A stretch of 64,000 bases of DNA from an uncultured Candidatus Saccharibacteria bacterium (GCA_964512925.1 CAZEKH010000001.1:200226-264225); one strand, 5' to 3'. Counted from the first letter of the stretch, positions 40,342 to 51,627 are shown. Translations and numbers: made by a program. Notes: generated from the sequence alone by a model not told the origin.

Positions 40342-43300
40342 ATGAGAGAAGTAAAAACCGGAATGTATAACGCTGACAGCTTCAGTGTCAGGGACGAAGA
40401 AGCCAAAGGCGCTGCGCGGGCTAAAGCCCGCCAGGAAAGACTGGCAAAAAAAGCCAAAATGTCCGGGCCAGATCATATCACCCAGGAATCCGATTTGGAT
40501 ACCGTGGAGGCTTCGGATACCTATTTGGTTGTGGCTGAAATTTCCGATATTGTTGACCGTTATGCAATGACTTTGGCAAAGCAAAAAGCATTGGAGTATT
40601 GGAAAAGCAAGTCAGCACTAAATCCGCAGAAATGGTTAGCTAGGCAGACTTCTGCAGCGTTTGAACAAAAGTTAGCTGCTGAAATAAAAGAAGAAATTTT
40701 AAAAAACCAAAACCTATTTACCCAAATAGAAGCAAGGCTGTTAAGCAGAAGCAAAACAAAAAATATTGAGGAAAAAAGCAAGATTACATATGACGTGCTG
40801 GATGAAGTTATTGACGGCTTGCAGGATGAACAATTTAAAGCTTTGGGTATTGAAAGTAAAAGCCAAAAAGAGCTAGAAGGAAAAAGCCCGATTGAAGATC
40901 CTTTAGTGGATGTGGCGGCTTCGCAATTGATTTATGGTTTGGTTGTTGGTGATATAGTTTCTAGAAAAGAATTTGAAGAAAGGGCTGGAAAAGAAATCTT
41001 GCCGCTTTTGAGTATGGGTTCAAAAAAGAGCAATGAGGTTTATGCTTCCAGCTTGTATAACATTGCCTTGAATTATAAAGAGAGGTTGATTGATGTTTTG
41101 GGCGTCGTGGGTGAAAAATTTGACGCAAAACAGCAGGATTTGGCTCGTAAATATATAGATAAAAATTTACACTTAAAAATACACATAGCTAAGCAGAACG
41201 CAGATATCTATCAGAAAGAAAGTAAGGGTAAAATTAAGTTGATAGAAAGCGCAATCAATATATCACAAAATCCGATTTTCCAAGTGAAGCCAGAATGGGA
41301 AAATAACAAGTACGGAAAATTTGCTAACAAAGTTTTAGGGATGACCCTTAACAACCCGATTTTGTATGCTGCTTTAGGCAACAGAGCTGGGTATTTTGCA
41401 GCAACTGGTGCTGGGGCATTGGCAGTAAAAGCCGGTGGGGCAACCATGCTGGCTGCGGTTAGTATTGGCCCTGGGATGGCAGCCGCTTTGGGTGCGGCAC
41501 TGGGAGCGGGTCTATATATTGGACTGAGGGCAGCAGTTGAAAGGCTGAGGGATATAAAGAGAAGGGAAGAAGAGGCGGTTTTAGGACAACGGAACAAGGA
41601 AGTGACATCCTTGATGGATGCCCGTGAATATGCAATCAATTTTTTGAAACAGTTGGATGGAAAACAGCATTTAACCGATGAGGAAAAAAAACAGGCTGCT
41701 TATATTTTTGCAACCTTGCGCACCCAGGATGAATATCGGAAAAATTTATTTAGCGTTTCAGATGTTGAGGGCGCGAGAACCGGAACAAACTTTTTTGCAA
41801 TACAGGATTTGCGTAAGGAACTTTTAGTTTTTTGGGATAAAAACGCACAGCATTTTGGCGCTGATGCTGAGTCGCAAAGAGAGTCATTGGAAAATATGAT
41901 TTCCGCAGCCCAGCTTGAAATTTTAAAAAAGTTGGAACAGGACGATAAAGATATTGCAAAAGAAATAAAGAATCGCGGTCTAAAACAAGGTGCTTTAGGC
42001 GCGGGAATTACTTTAGCGGCGGGGGTTTTAGCTCCTGGGGCGGGCAAACTTTTGAAAATGGGAGCCAATAAAACTATGGAAGCGCTTGGTTTCAGCCCTC
42101 AATTTGATACTTCAAAAATTACATTTACTGAAGAAATAGGTCATAAAATTGCAGAGAGATTTGGTAAAGAGCATTATGATGTTTATTCTGGGGCTTTGGC
42201 TGGAATAAAACTTACCGGTCCAAATGGCGATCTTTTACAGTTGCCTTATGGAAGCTCAATACGTAGGGTAAATAATTATTTTGAATTATTACTTGATGGC
42301 AAACCTGTGCCCGGAGTAAAAATTCCAGTAGATGTGCAAGGTCATATAACTGATCCAAGCAGTTTGGAAGGATTGGAAAAATTTGGTTGGAAAATTGACC
42401 ATCAGGTTATAAGCGGGTCTGGCACAAAAAATGTAGATCTTTTTAAAGATGTGAAGTCCGAAGCTTTAAATGGAGTCGATTTTAGTGAAGTTAAAACCCG
42501 GAGTTTTTTAACCAATGGAACTCAGGAATCGGATTTTAACGAGCTGAGATTCTTTGCTGAAAAGGCAAGTAACGGCGACGCTATTATTAGCACTGACATT
42601 TTGGATAAGGGATCTTTTTATGCAAATGGAAAAGGTCCGGCTATGCTCGATATGCTCAAAGTCGGAAAGCTTAGGTTTTTCTTTATGACAAAAGAAGGCC
42701 CTCTCAGCTTTGCTATGGATGGAAGCCAACATTTGACTATACCCCAAGGAAGCAAGGCTTATGAACTTTTAATTGATTCTTCTACTGGAAAAATACGAAG
42801 TGATGTAATGTTTGGAAGCGGAGTAGCAGAAAAAAATGCTGCCGGTGAATGGATGGTGGATTGGGCTAACGCCGATCACGGCACTGGAGCGGCCTTAAAT
42901 ACCAATGTATCTAGCGTTTCAACAAATGTATGGAGCTTAAGGCAGCCAGTATCGCATGAATTTGGAGGACCAGCAATCTTTGCTTTAATGCCCAGAGATA
43001 CTGATTCGGATATTGAGATTGAGAGAAAGTTAAACGCCCAAAAAGATGCAGAAAAAAAGATGAAATCCTTGAGTTCGGAGACTAGGTTCCAAATGGCTCA
43101 GGATTTATATCTAAAAGAGTTTGGTGATAAGAAGCCTACTTTAGCCGAAGTAAAATTTATTCAGCAAAAGTTTTTATTAGATGAGCATCAAGCAGAATTG
43201 ATTTTTATTGAGATGCTGAAAGACGACGGGATGGATCCGGAAGAGATAAAGACTGCGACTAAGCCTAAAACCCCGACTCCAGCTCCGGCGGCCCCTGCCT

Positions 43301-44604
43301 CGGGCGGACACGGGCATGATCATACCCCGACGCCTCAAGCCCACGCGCCAGTTTCACACGAACACGAGCCAACCAAACTGGAAATTTTGTTGGGCCTTAG
43401 GAAAAAACAAGTTGCGGAAAAACTTAAACCTAAGGCTGACAGGTCAGTCTTACTCGAATTAAGCAAAATTGTTTTGGTACCGCACTTGGAATTTCAAACC
43501 GAGGAGGATGCTTTACTTGTAGCACCAAAGCTTTTAGAGACAAATGAGCTTGCCGTTGCAATAGGGCGAAAAATTCTCGATATGAATTTGGATAAAAAAT
43601 ATAAAAATATCAATATTTTAGTCAAGTTTGTTACTGCAAAATCACCTGAAGCGCCAAAGAAAACGGATGATGGTACTTTGGTCATTGAGCTGGATGCGCG
43701 CAAAAGTCCAGAGTTTTGCAAAAATGTAATAGCGGAATTTTTACGAAACACTGTTGAAAAAGACGGACCTTTAGTTTTTCAGACCGAAGCAGACAGGAAG
43801 CCTTATGAAGCGTCAAAAAAACTGGAAGCTGTCAGTAACCGTGCTGAAAATACGGATCCGCACTTTGAATTTTCTTTGAAGCCAGAGGCTTTAAAACACC
43901 GAACTCCAGAAGAGCTGGAAGAGTACGCGAATGCTATTTTTGCCGCTTTGCAGGCAAATCCGGCAACTCAGCAAGGCGCAAAACCTGGAAAAAATATTGA
44001 GATAATATTTGGCAATTATGACCCAAGAAAAGGACCGGAGGCCGCGGCTGACAAGACTTTCCAAGTTTATATAGATGTGACCAAATCTAAAAGAGAGGCA
44101 GAAGGTTTAGTTATCAGGCTTGTTAAAGACAAGCTGGAAGAAGGTGAGAAAGAAGCGGAGATTGAAAATTTGTTGAGGGAGTTTAATCAAGCCGCAGACA
44201 ATAAAGAACCCCATATAATTTTTGACATTGATAGTAAGACAAAGAAAGATGCAAATATTGCAGAAATGAGAATTTATCTCCAGTGGGCCCTCCTAGCGGT
44301 AAGAAATGAAATTACAGCAATTAAAGCAGCTAATCCGGATTATAATGACATTTTTAATATGAGGATATTTGGTTTGAACTTAAATTCAAACCGAACAAAT
44401 AACCCTCGTCTGGTTGATAACGATCCTTCCGGAGCATCTTGGATATTAAATATTCCATATGGTTTGGCTGATGAAGCTCCGTTGAGAGCATTTGTAAACC
44501 AGCAAATAACAGCACTAAAAAGACAATATGATCAAAGAATTGCAGCAGGTGCTGGTGGGCGAGGTGGTGGTGCCAGAAGAGCAGGGCGTGGTGGAAGACC
44601 ATAA
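40342..44604 (+). CDS. 1420-aa hypothetical protein with two Gly/Ala-rich hydrophobic regions
   Basis: Long ORF, no signal peptide, Pro/His linker, RGG tail; terminator 44613-44650. Confidence 0.85.
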   Translation: MREVKTGMYNADSFSVRDEEAKGAARAKARQERLAKKAKMSGPDHITQESDLDTVEASDTYLVVAEISDIVDRYAMTLAKQKALEYWKSKSALNPQKWLARQTSAAFEQKLAAEIKEEILKNQNLFTQIEARLLSRSKTKNIEEKSKITYDVLDEVIDGLQDEQFKALGIESKSQKELEGKSPIEDPLVDVAASQLIYGLVVGDIVSRKEFEERAGKEILPLLSMGSKKSNEVYASSLYNIALNYKERLIDVLGVVGEKFDAKQQDLARKYIDKNLHLKIHIAKQNADIYQKESKGKIKLIESAINISQNPIFQVKPEWENNKYGKFANKVLGMTLNNPILYAALGNRAGYFAATGAGALAVKAGGATMLAAVSIGPGMAAALGAALGAGLYIGLRAAVERLRDIKRREEEAVLGQRNKEVTSLMDAREYAINFLKQLDGKQHLTDEEKKQAAYIFATLRTQDEYRKNLFSVSDVEGARTGTNFFAIQDLRKELLVFWDKNAQHFGADAESQRESLENMISAAQLEILKKLEQDDKDIAKEIKNRGLKQGALGAGITLAAGVLAPGAGKLLKMGANKTMEALGFSPQFDTSKITFTEEIGHKIAERFGKEHYDVYSGALAGIKLTGPNGDLLQLPYGSSIRRVNNYFELLLDGKPVPGVKIPVDVQGHITDPSSLEGLEKFGWKIDHQVISGSGTKNVDLFKDVKSEALNGVDFSEVKTRSFLTNGTQESDFNELRFFAEKASNGDAIISTDILDKGSFYANGKGPAMLDMLKVGKLRFFFMTKEGPLSFAMDGSQHLTIPQGSKAYELLIDSSTGKIRSDVMFGSGVAEKNAAGEWMVDWANADHGTGAALNTNVSSVSTNVWSLRQPVSHEFGGPAIFALMPRDTDSDIEIERKLNAQKDAEKKMKSLSSETRFQMAQDLYLKEFGDKKPTLAEVKFIQQKFLLDEHQAELIFIEMLKDDGMDPEEIKTATKPKTPTPAPAAPASGGHGHDHTPTPQAHAPVSHEHEPTKLEILLGLRKKQVAEKLKPKADRSVLLELSKIVLVPHLEFQTEEDALLVAPKLLETNELAVAIGRKILDMNLDKKYKNINILVKFVTAKSPEAPKKTDDGTLVIELDARKSPEFCKNVIAEFLRNTVEKDGPLVFQTEADRKPYEASKKLEAVSNRAENTDPHFEFSLKPEALKHRTPEELEEYANAIFAALQANPATQQGAKPGKNIEIIFGNYDPRKGPEAAADKTFQVYIDVTKSKREAEGLVIRLVKDKLEEGEKEAEIENLLREFNQAADNKEPHIIFDIDSKTKKDANIAEMRIYLQWALLAVRNEITAIKAANPDYNDIFNMRIFGLNLNSNRTNNPRLVDNDPSGASWILNIPYGLADEAPLRAFVNQQITALKRQYDQRIAAGAGGRGGGARRAGRGGRP

Positions 44605-45056
44605 AAATTTACAAAACCCCGTTCCGATGTTTGTTGGGGCGGGGTTTTTGTGTTTTTTGGAAGGTATGTTATAATTGTTGTAAGAAAAAAATACCAAAAC
44701 AAACAAAAATCAAACGCATAAACACGGCCATTTAGGGCTAATAGCGGTTGATTTTATTTTTTTAAGGAATGAGTCATAGGCGCTAAAGATTTTGTCTTTA
44801 TTGCAATTCCCTATCCGAAAATGGATAGGTGAGGCAAAGATTAGATGTTTCAGTATCAAATAAATTTTTGTTTTTTTTACCATCGCTTAAACCTCACCCC
44901 AGCCCTCTCCTAAATAGGAGAGGGAGTAGAATAATATTATTCAGGGATGACATAGTATTAGAATTTTTTTATAATATTGAGATGAATTTGAAAGCAAAAA
45001 TTAGAAGGACAGTTTTGTGGAATTCTTAAAAAGATATCGACTTAATAACAAATTAA

Positions 45057-46262
45057 ATGAAAAAAACAATGGAAGTAAAATCTAAAATCGAGAGTTTTGC
45101 CAGGATCAAAGTTTTAGGCATTGGCGGGTCCGGCACTAACGCTGTTAACCGGATGTCCCAGTTGGGGATCCGGGGTGTTGAGTTTGTCGCCATAAATACA
45201 GACGCCCAGGCGCTGCACAACAACCAGGCAGACAGAAAAGTTCATATTGGGAAAAATTTAACCAAAGGCCTTGGCTCAGGTATGAACCCTGACTTAGGCA
45301 GGCAGGCGGCGGAAGAGTCAGTGGAAGAGATAGACGAAGTTATAGAAAACACAGATATGGTGTTTATCACCTGCGGTCTGGGTGGTGGCACGGGAACCGG
45401 GGCTTCACCTATAGTTGCCGAGCTGTGCAAGAACAAAGGCATCCTGACAGTGGGCGTGGTTACCAAGCCTTTTTCCTTTGAAGGCAGTAAGAGAAAAGAA
45501 ATCGCTGAAGCCGGGTATGAAAATTTGAAAGACAAAGTTGACGCTATCATCTCCATAAACAATGACCGCATTTTCCAGGTAACAGACAAAAAAACTCCGG
45601 TCATAGAAGCTTTTAAAACCGTAGATGAAATTTTGCGCCAGGGCATTTCCGGAATTTCCGATTTGATCACTACTCACGGACTGGTCAATGCTGACTTTGC
45701 CGATGTCAGAAGCATTATGCAGGACGCAGGCACGGCGCTGATGGGTATCGGTCAGGCATCGGGTGAAAACCGCGCTCAGGAAGCCGCTCGTCTGGCAGTC
45801 AACTCGCCGCTTTTGGATATGACTATAGACGGCGCAAGAGGCGTACTCTTTAACATCACAGGCGGATCTTCTTTGGGTATGTACGAAATAGATGAAGCGG
45901 CAAAAGTGATCACAAAGAACATTGACCCAGACGGCAAAGTAAAGTTTGGCGCTGTAATTGACGACGAGATGGGGGACAGTGTGCGCATCACAGTTATTGC
46001 AACAGGTTTTGACGAAGGCAACAGGCGGCTGCACTCGGTGCCAATGATGATGCCGGATGAAATGAAAAAACCAGCCCCAGTGGAGATAAAGCCCCAAGCC
46101 CAGGTTTCGGAAATCAGAAAACCGCTTTTTAGCCCCAAGCCCGCAGCGCCTATTTCCCAGATGCCGCCTTCTTTCAGCCCCAAGCCGGAGCAGGTGCAAA
46201 CCCCGGCTTCAGATGACGATGAAATGGACATCCCGGCGTTCATACGTAAGAAAATGAAGTAG
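45057..46262 (+). CDS. ftsZ: Cell division protein FtsZ
   Basis: GLGGGTGTG, NADFADV, C-terminal DIPAFIRK. Confidence 0.99.
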   Translation: MKKTMEVKSKIESFARIKVLGIGGSGTNAVNRMSQLGIRGVEFVAINTDAQALHNNQADRKVHIGKNLTKGLGSGMNPDLGRQAAEESVEEIDEVIENTDMVFITCGLGGGTGTGASPIVAELCKNKGILTVGVVTKPFSFEGSKRKEIAEAGYENLKDKVDAIISINNDRIFQVTDKKTPVIEAFKTVDEILRQGISGISDLITTHGLVNADFADVRSIMQDAGTALMGIGQASGENRAQEAARLAVNSPLLDMTIDGARGVLFNITGGSSLGMYEIDEAAKVITKNIDPDGKVKFGAVIDDEMGDSVRITVIATGFDEGNRRLHSVPMMMPDEMKKPAPVEIKPQAQVSEIRKPLFSPKPAAPISQMPPSFSPKPEQVQTPASDDDEMDIPAFIRKKMK

Positions 46263-46868
46263 GTTCGTAAATACACAAATTACACTAATTTCACGAATAA
46301 AATTTTCGCAAAACAGTACTTGCGGAAATTTTTATTTTGTGCTATAATATTAAGAGTGATCAAAGGTCGATGCTTTGGCCAAAATAGCTGGGGCACTCAC
46401 TCATTGGATTTCCTTCAAAATAAAGGAAATCTTTAAGAAACAAAAAATGTTTACAAATTACAAATATGACTTATAGTACAAATACTATAGTTTTATTTGT
46501 CAAAAAATCTAAGTTTTCGTACTTTTGTCATCCCGGAATCCGACTTTAGGAGGATATCCGGGATCCAATGTTAATCACAATTTACATTGATAATAATATA
46601 AACTTTTAGGTCCCCGCCTGACTGCATCATTCGGGCAGGCCAGAAATTTTTCAGTCAATGCCCTGAAAAATTTTCGGATGACACAAGGTTTGAAGAATTT
46701 AGACAATTTTGCGCAAACTGGATAAAAATGCCTTTAACATATTCTAGAAATATGTTACGGTCTAAAACAAATTGGCTCTAACAATTGGAGAGCGAATTTG
46801 GAAAACTCTCGTCTTTCCTCTCCCTGTGGGAGAGGGTAGGGTGAGGATAAAAAAACAAAAACAAAATT

Positions 46869-47255
46869 ATGCAAAATTATTTATCACAATCATTGGTTGA
46901 AGAAACACCGGCAAAAGTTGTTTCGCTACTTGCTGCCGCGATGTTGTCGTTGGCTTTCTTGCTGACGGTTTCAGTCAGCAATGCTTCATTTGCCGGAACA
47001 GCTCAGGCTTTGCCAAACCCGTTTGCTCCGGAAAAAGTGGTAGCGGTTATTGATACTGCTGCCGCTTCTTACAGTTCTTTTTTGTCAGCAAACTTTATCC
47101 AGCCTCTAACTTCCAGTTATAAGGTGTATGGAGAAAATCTTTCTTGGCTGATGCAGGAAAGCGGTATTGCTTACGCGTTAGGCATTGACGGACTGTTTGA
47201 GTCCCAGTCAGCTTCCGCTTCAGGGCAAGTCGCCGGGGCGTTTATAGGAAGGTAG
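46869..47255 (+). CDS. Membrane hypothetical protein
   Basis: TM; GQVAGA tail; terminator 47283-47318. Confidence 0.65.
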   Translation: MQNYLSQSLVEETPAKVVSLLAAAMLSLAFLLTVSVSNASFAGTAQALPNPFAPEKVVAVIDTAAASYSSFLSANFIQPLTSSYKVYGENLSWLMQESGIAYALGIDGLFESQSASASGQVAGAFIGR

Positions 47256-47699
47256 AGAATTAGAGAATTAGAGAATTAGAAAAACCCAGGATCCGCAAAT
47301 GCGGATCCTGGGTTTTTTGCTTAAAAACAATTTAATTTTATTTTTTTTGCTTCGCCCACTACTTAGTTCAAAACTTCTCCGCTCGAATGACTTTGATCAG
47401 GTTGAAATAAGAATTAGATTTTTTAACATTCAATGTAATATTAACCCTGGATCCCGCCTGCCTGCCGGCAAGGCAGGGATCAAGTCCGGGATGACAAGTA
47501 AAAATCTCACTTCAGTAATATTGCGTATGACTATACTAACTCTTTTTGAGAGCGAGGGGGATGGGTAAAATATTTGACAAATACTGGAAGATAAAAAATC
47601 TAAAAAAATAAGAAAAAATTTTGTGGATAACAGAGGTAAAAAGCGACATCTTTTTAGGGTTTTTTTCGGTTTTATTGGGTTTTCCGCTTTTTTTGACTA

Positions 47700-47748
47700 A
47701 CACAATATGTAGTAGTAGACTAGATAGAGTGAATACTAGATGTAGTAA
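47700..47748. promoter_or_regulatory. Tandem NrdR boxes
   Basis: ACACAATATGTAGTAG and ATACTAGATGTAGTAA, ~33 bp apart, upstream of nrdR-nrdJ. Confidence 0.65.
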
Positions 47749-47816
47749 AAAACTGATAACTGATTACTGATAACAATCAAGTGTTATTGGTTATGAATTA
47801 TTAGTTATTTGTCCCT

Positions 47817-48263
47817 ATGAAGTGCCCAAACTGCCAAAATGAGGATACTAAGGTTTTAGACAGCCGTCCGGTGGAAGAAGGAAGCGCTATTCGGCGCAGA
47901 CGGGAGTGCGAAAAGTGCCAGTTTAGATTCAGCACCTACGAAGAAATAGAAATTTTAGATTTAAATATTGTAAAGAAAGACGGTCGTAAGGAATTGTTTA
48001 GTAAAGAAAAACTTTTAAGAGCAATTAGACTACCTTTGGACAAAAGGCCATATACTGAAGAGGCTATAAAAAAACTGCTTTCAGCGATTGAAATAGAAAT
48101 ACAAAGAAAAGCCAAAGACGGCGAGATTAAAAGCACTGAAGTGGGGGAGATAGTGATGAAGAAGCTGAAAAAGTTTGATAAGGTGGCTTATATCCGCTTT
48201 TCCGCAGTCTACCGCCAGTTCGCGGATGTGGAGGAGTTTAAGGAAGCACTAGATAAATTATAG
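47817..48263 (+). CDS. nrdR: Transcriptional repressor NrdR
   Basis: MKCPNC, IRRRREC..C..RFSTYE, ATP cone, DKVAYIRF. Confidence 0.97.
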   Translation: MKCPNCQNEDTKVLDSRPVEEGSAIRRRRECEKCQFRFSTYEEIEILDLNIVKKDGRKELFSKEKLLRAIRLPLDKRPYTEEAIKKLLSAIEIEIQRKAKDGEIKSTEVGEIVMKKLKKFDKVAYIRFSAVYRQFADVEEFKEALDKL

Positions 48264-48486
48264 CTACCAATCTACAAATTGATCCAAATCTACTCCGACG
48301 CCATAATTAAATATTAAGAGTCGGAGTCCCGACATTGCTATCGTCGGGACAAATACCTACAAATAGAAATAATAATTAAAAATAAATTAACTTTACTAAG
48401 TACGAATTTATACTAATATACCAATTTTAAAAAATAACTATTAGTATATTTGTATGAATTAGTATTTGGTAAAATAAAAAAATATT

Positions 48487-51165
48487 ATGCAAATCAAAGA
48501 AAATCTGCAAACAAGAAAAAAAAACGCTTTAGGCGAGTTGGGCGAAAAAATCTTTTTGGACCGCTATGCGGTCAAAGATATGAAAAGGGAAACCTTGGCC
48601 GTGGGCGACCGGGTGGTGGTTTTGGTTAATCCAAAAACCGGACAACGCGAGATAGGCGAAATAGAAACTTTGGATTTGACGCTAAATCAGGTGACAGTTA
48701 AGATGCGCGACGGACAGATAGAAACCAGACTGATTGAGCATATAGACAAGCCGCTGGAAACTGTGCCGGAACAGATGTTTGAGAGAATGGCCAAACATAT
48801 CGCCAGCGCCGAGAGGACAGAAGAAAAAAAGAAAGAGTGGACAGACAAGTTCCGCGAAATGATGGATGACTGGAAATATGTGCCAGCTGGGCGCATCTTT
48901 ACTGGCGCGGGCACGGGACAGAACCTGACTTTTTATAACTGCTATGTTTTGCCTTGTCCGAAAGATTCCCGCTCCGGCATTTTTAAAGCTTTGTCCGATA
49001 TGGCGGAGATTTTTTCCCGCGGCGGCGGCAACGGGCTGAATGTTTCCACTCTCAGGCCAAAATACGCTTATGTTAAAGGCGTGAACGGACGCTCTTCCGG
49101 CGCGGTTTCCTGGGCATCGTTGTATTCATTTGTTACAGGTTTGATAGAGCAAGGCGGCAGTAGGCGCGGCGCTTTGATGTTGATTTTAAATGTCTGGCAT
49201 CCGGATGTGATTGATTTCATTAACTCTAAAAAACAAGCTGGCAATATCACCAATGCCAACATTTCCGTTGGTATCACAGACGAGTTTATGAAAGCCGTAA
49301 AAGAAGACGCGCCTTGGGATTTGGTTTTCCCAGACACTTCCGACCCTTTGTACGACTCCCACTGGCAGGAATGCCAGGGCGACATCCGCAAGTGGAAAAC
49401 TTTAGGCGGCAAAATCAACAAATACAAAACTGTCAGAGCCCGAGACATTTGGGACAATATCATTGAGTCGGCCTGGTCTTCGGCTGAGCCGGGGATGTAT
49501 TTCATTGATCAGGCTAACTATTATTCCAACTCCTGGTACTATGCCACTTTGCCTTGCACCAACCCGTGCGGCGAGCAGCCACTGCCGGCTTGGGGTGTTT
49601 GCAATTTAGGGCACGTGAATTTAGCCAAGCATATCAACAAAGATACCGGTGAAGTTTTGTGGAACGACCTAAAGCAAACCGTGTCGTACGCGGTACGTTT
49701 TCAGGATGATGTCATAGACGCCACCCCGTACTTTTTCGATGAAAATAAAAATCAGCAGATGGGGGAGAGACGGGTTGGCTTAGGAACTTTGGGTTTGGCG
49801 GAAATGCTTATCTATAAACAGATTCGTTACGGCAGTCCAGAGGCTGTGGAGTTCATAGACAAACTCTACCAGTTCATTGCCATCACGGCTTACGAAACTT
49901 CAGTTGAGTTGGCGCGGGAAAAAGGCGCGTTTCCGAAGTTTGACGCGGAAAAGTTTTTACAATCCGGATTTATGAAAGGTATGCCGGAATACATCCGCCA
50001 GATGGTGCGCCAGCACGGCATCAGAAATGTTACCATCTTAACCCAGGCGCCGACCGGCACTGTGGGAACAATGGTTGGAACTTCCACTGGCATTGAACCG
50101 TTTTTCTCCTGGACGTATTTTAGAAAGTCCAGGCTTGGCGTTCACGAAGAAAAAATAAAACTGGCTTCCGAATATTTGGAAAAGCATCCGGAAATTTCCG
50201 AGCTGCCGAAGTTTTTTGCCACAGCTATGGATTTAACCCCGGAAGAGCACGTAAAAGTTCAGGCTGCGGTGCAAAGATGGACTGACTCAGCTATCTCTAA
50301 AACTTGCAATGCTCCTTCTAACTACTCCATCGAACAAACCAAACAGCTTTATACTTTGATGTATGATTTGGGCTGTAAAGGCGGAACTATTTACCGCGAC
50401 GGCAGCAGGGATGAGCAGATCTTAGCCACTGACCATAAAAAACTGGGCAAGGATGCTTCGGACCAGGTGGAGGCTTCTTCAGTCAAGGAGCAGGCTAAAG
50501 AAGGCAAAGAAGAAAGAGTGAGAGAGGTGATGTCAGTATCTGGAGAAAATGTACAGATCAAAATCGCGCCGCGTCAGAGGCCGGACACAATGCAGGGCGT
50601 AACTTATAAGATGAATACAGCTTACGGCAATTTGTATGTAACCATCAACGAAGACTTGCATGGTCCGTTTGAAGTTTTTGCCCAGATGGGCAAAGCTGGA
50701 GGGTTTTTCTCAGCCCAGACTGAAGCTATCACTCGGCTTGTGTCTTTGTCACTTAGAAGCAATGTGGCTATAGAAGAAATCATTGACCAGCTTAAAGGTA
50801 TCCGCGGGCCAGATGTGTCGTTCTCCCAGGAAGGCATGGTATTTTCTCTTCCCGATGCTATGGCCAAAGTTTTGGAAAAGCATATCAAACGCGGCCAACA
50901 GCAGCTGAGTTTGCCAATGAACCAGCCGGATTTGTCTTTAAAATCGCCTTCAGCTCCTGCGGTAGAAAAAGTCCAGGAAAAAGTTGTGGAAACTTTGTCC
51001 TCGGTGCAGGTGACAGCCGGCGGCGCTACTTTGACCCAAAAAACCCAAAGGGTGTCCATAGCTAACTTAGGCAATGCTCCGGTGTGCCCCACCTGCGCCA
51101 ATATGATGGTTTTTGCGGAAGGCTGTATGAAATGCGAAGCTTGCGGGTACAGTAAATGCGGATAG
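48487..51165 (+). CDS. nrdJ: Class II (adenosylcobalamin-dependent) ribonucleotide reductase
   Basis: TNPCGEQPL, APTGT, C-terminal TSCPD-like domain and Cys4 tail. Confidence 0.92.
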   Translation: MQIKENLQTRKKNALGELGEKIFLDRYAVKDMKRETLAVGDRVVVLVNPKTGQREIGEIETLDLTLNQVTVKMRDGQIETRLIEHIDKPLETVPEQMFERMAKHIASAERTEEKKKEWTDKFREMMDDWKYVPAGRIFTGAGTGQNLTFYNCYVLPCPKDSRSGIFKALSDMAEIFSRGGGNGLNVSTLRPKYAYVKGVNGRSSGAVSWASLYSFVTGLIEQGGSRRGALMLILNVWHPDVIDFINSKKQAGNITNANISVGITDEFMKAVKEDAPWDLVFPDTSDPLYDSHWQECQGDIRKWKTLGGKINKYKTVRARDIWDNIIESAWSSAEPGMYFIDQANYYSNSWYYATLPCTNPCGEQPLPAWGVCNLGHVNLAKHINKDTGEVLWNDLKQTVSYAVRFQDDVIDATPYFFDENKNQQMGERRVGLGTLGLAEMLIYKQIRYGSPEAVEFIDKLYQFIAITAYETSVELAREKGAFPKFDAEKFLQSGFMKGMPEYIRQMVRQHGIRNVTILTQAPTGTVGTMVGTSTGIEPFFSWTYFRKSRLGVHEEKIKLASEYLEKHPEISELPKFFATAMDLTPEEHVKVQAAVQRWTDSAISKTCNAPSNYSIEQTKQLYTLMYDLGCKGGTIYRDGSRDEQILATDHKKLGKDASDQVEASSVKEQAKEGKEERVREVMSVSGENVQIKIAPRQRPDTMQGVTYKMNTAYGNLYVTINEDLHGPFEVFAQMGKAGGFFSAQTEAITRLVSLSLRSNVAIEEIIDQLKGIRGPDVSFSQEGMVFSLPDAMAKVLEKHIKRGQQQLSLPMNQPDLSLKSPSAPAVEKVQEKVVETLSSVQVTAGGATLTQKTQRVSIANLGNAPVCPTCANMMVFAEGCMKCEACGYSKCG

Positions 51166-51300
51166 AGCGAAGCACTATATTTTTCTCCCCAAGACTTGGG
51201 GAGATGTCCCGATGAATATCGGGACAGAGAGGTTGAGTAAAAATTGAAAATTTAAAAATCAAAAATTAAAATTACAGTTTAAAATTTAAAATTAAGAAAT

Positions 51301-51627
51301 ATGCCTTATATCAATCAAAAATATAGAACTGATTTGGATCCAATAATAGACAATGCCGCAGAAGTGATTGTCAGGCAAGCAAAAGAGATGGGGTACGACG
51401 GGGCATTTTTTGGGTTGCTTAATTATTTTTGCACCCGCTTGGCTCTGCAAATAATAAAACAAAATTTTGGAAAATTGAGATACTGGCTGATAGCCGGGAC
51501 AGTTGGAGTGTTTAAAAATATTGGCGATGAGTTTTACCGAAGACTTGGATACCCTTATGAGGATAAGCAAATTAAAGAAAATGGCGATGTGGACTTGTAT
51601 GGGGAATTTGAGAAAGGTATAAAATAA
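51301..51627 (+). CDS. Hypothetical protein (MPYI...EFYRR..PYED motif)
   Basis: 108-aa ORF inside the nrdJ-cobO cluster. Confidence 0.65.
   Translation: MPYINQKYRTDLDPIIDNAAEVIVRQAKEMGYDGAFFGLLNYFCTRLALQIIKQNFGKLRYWLIAGTVGVFKNIGDEFYRRLGYPYEDKQIKENGDVDLYGEFEKGIK

Noticed and set aside
48487-51165. Intein or intron in nrdJ
   Set aside because: Continuous ORF of ordinary length with no intein splice or homing endonuclease motifs seen
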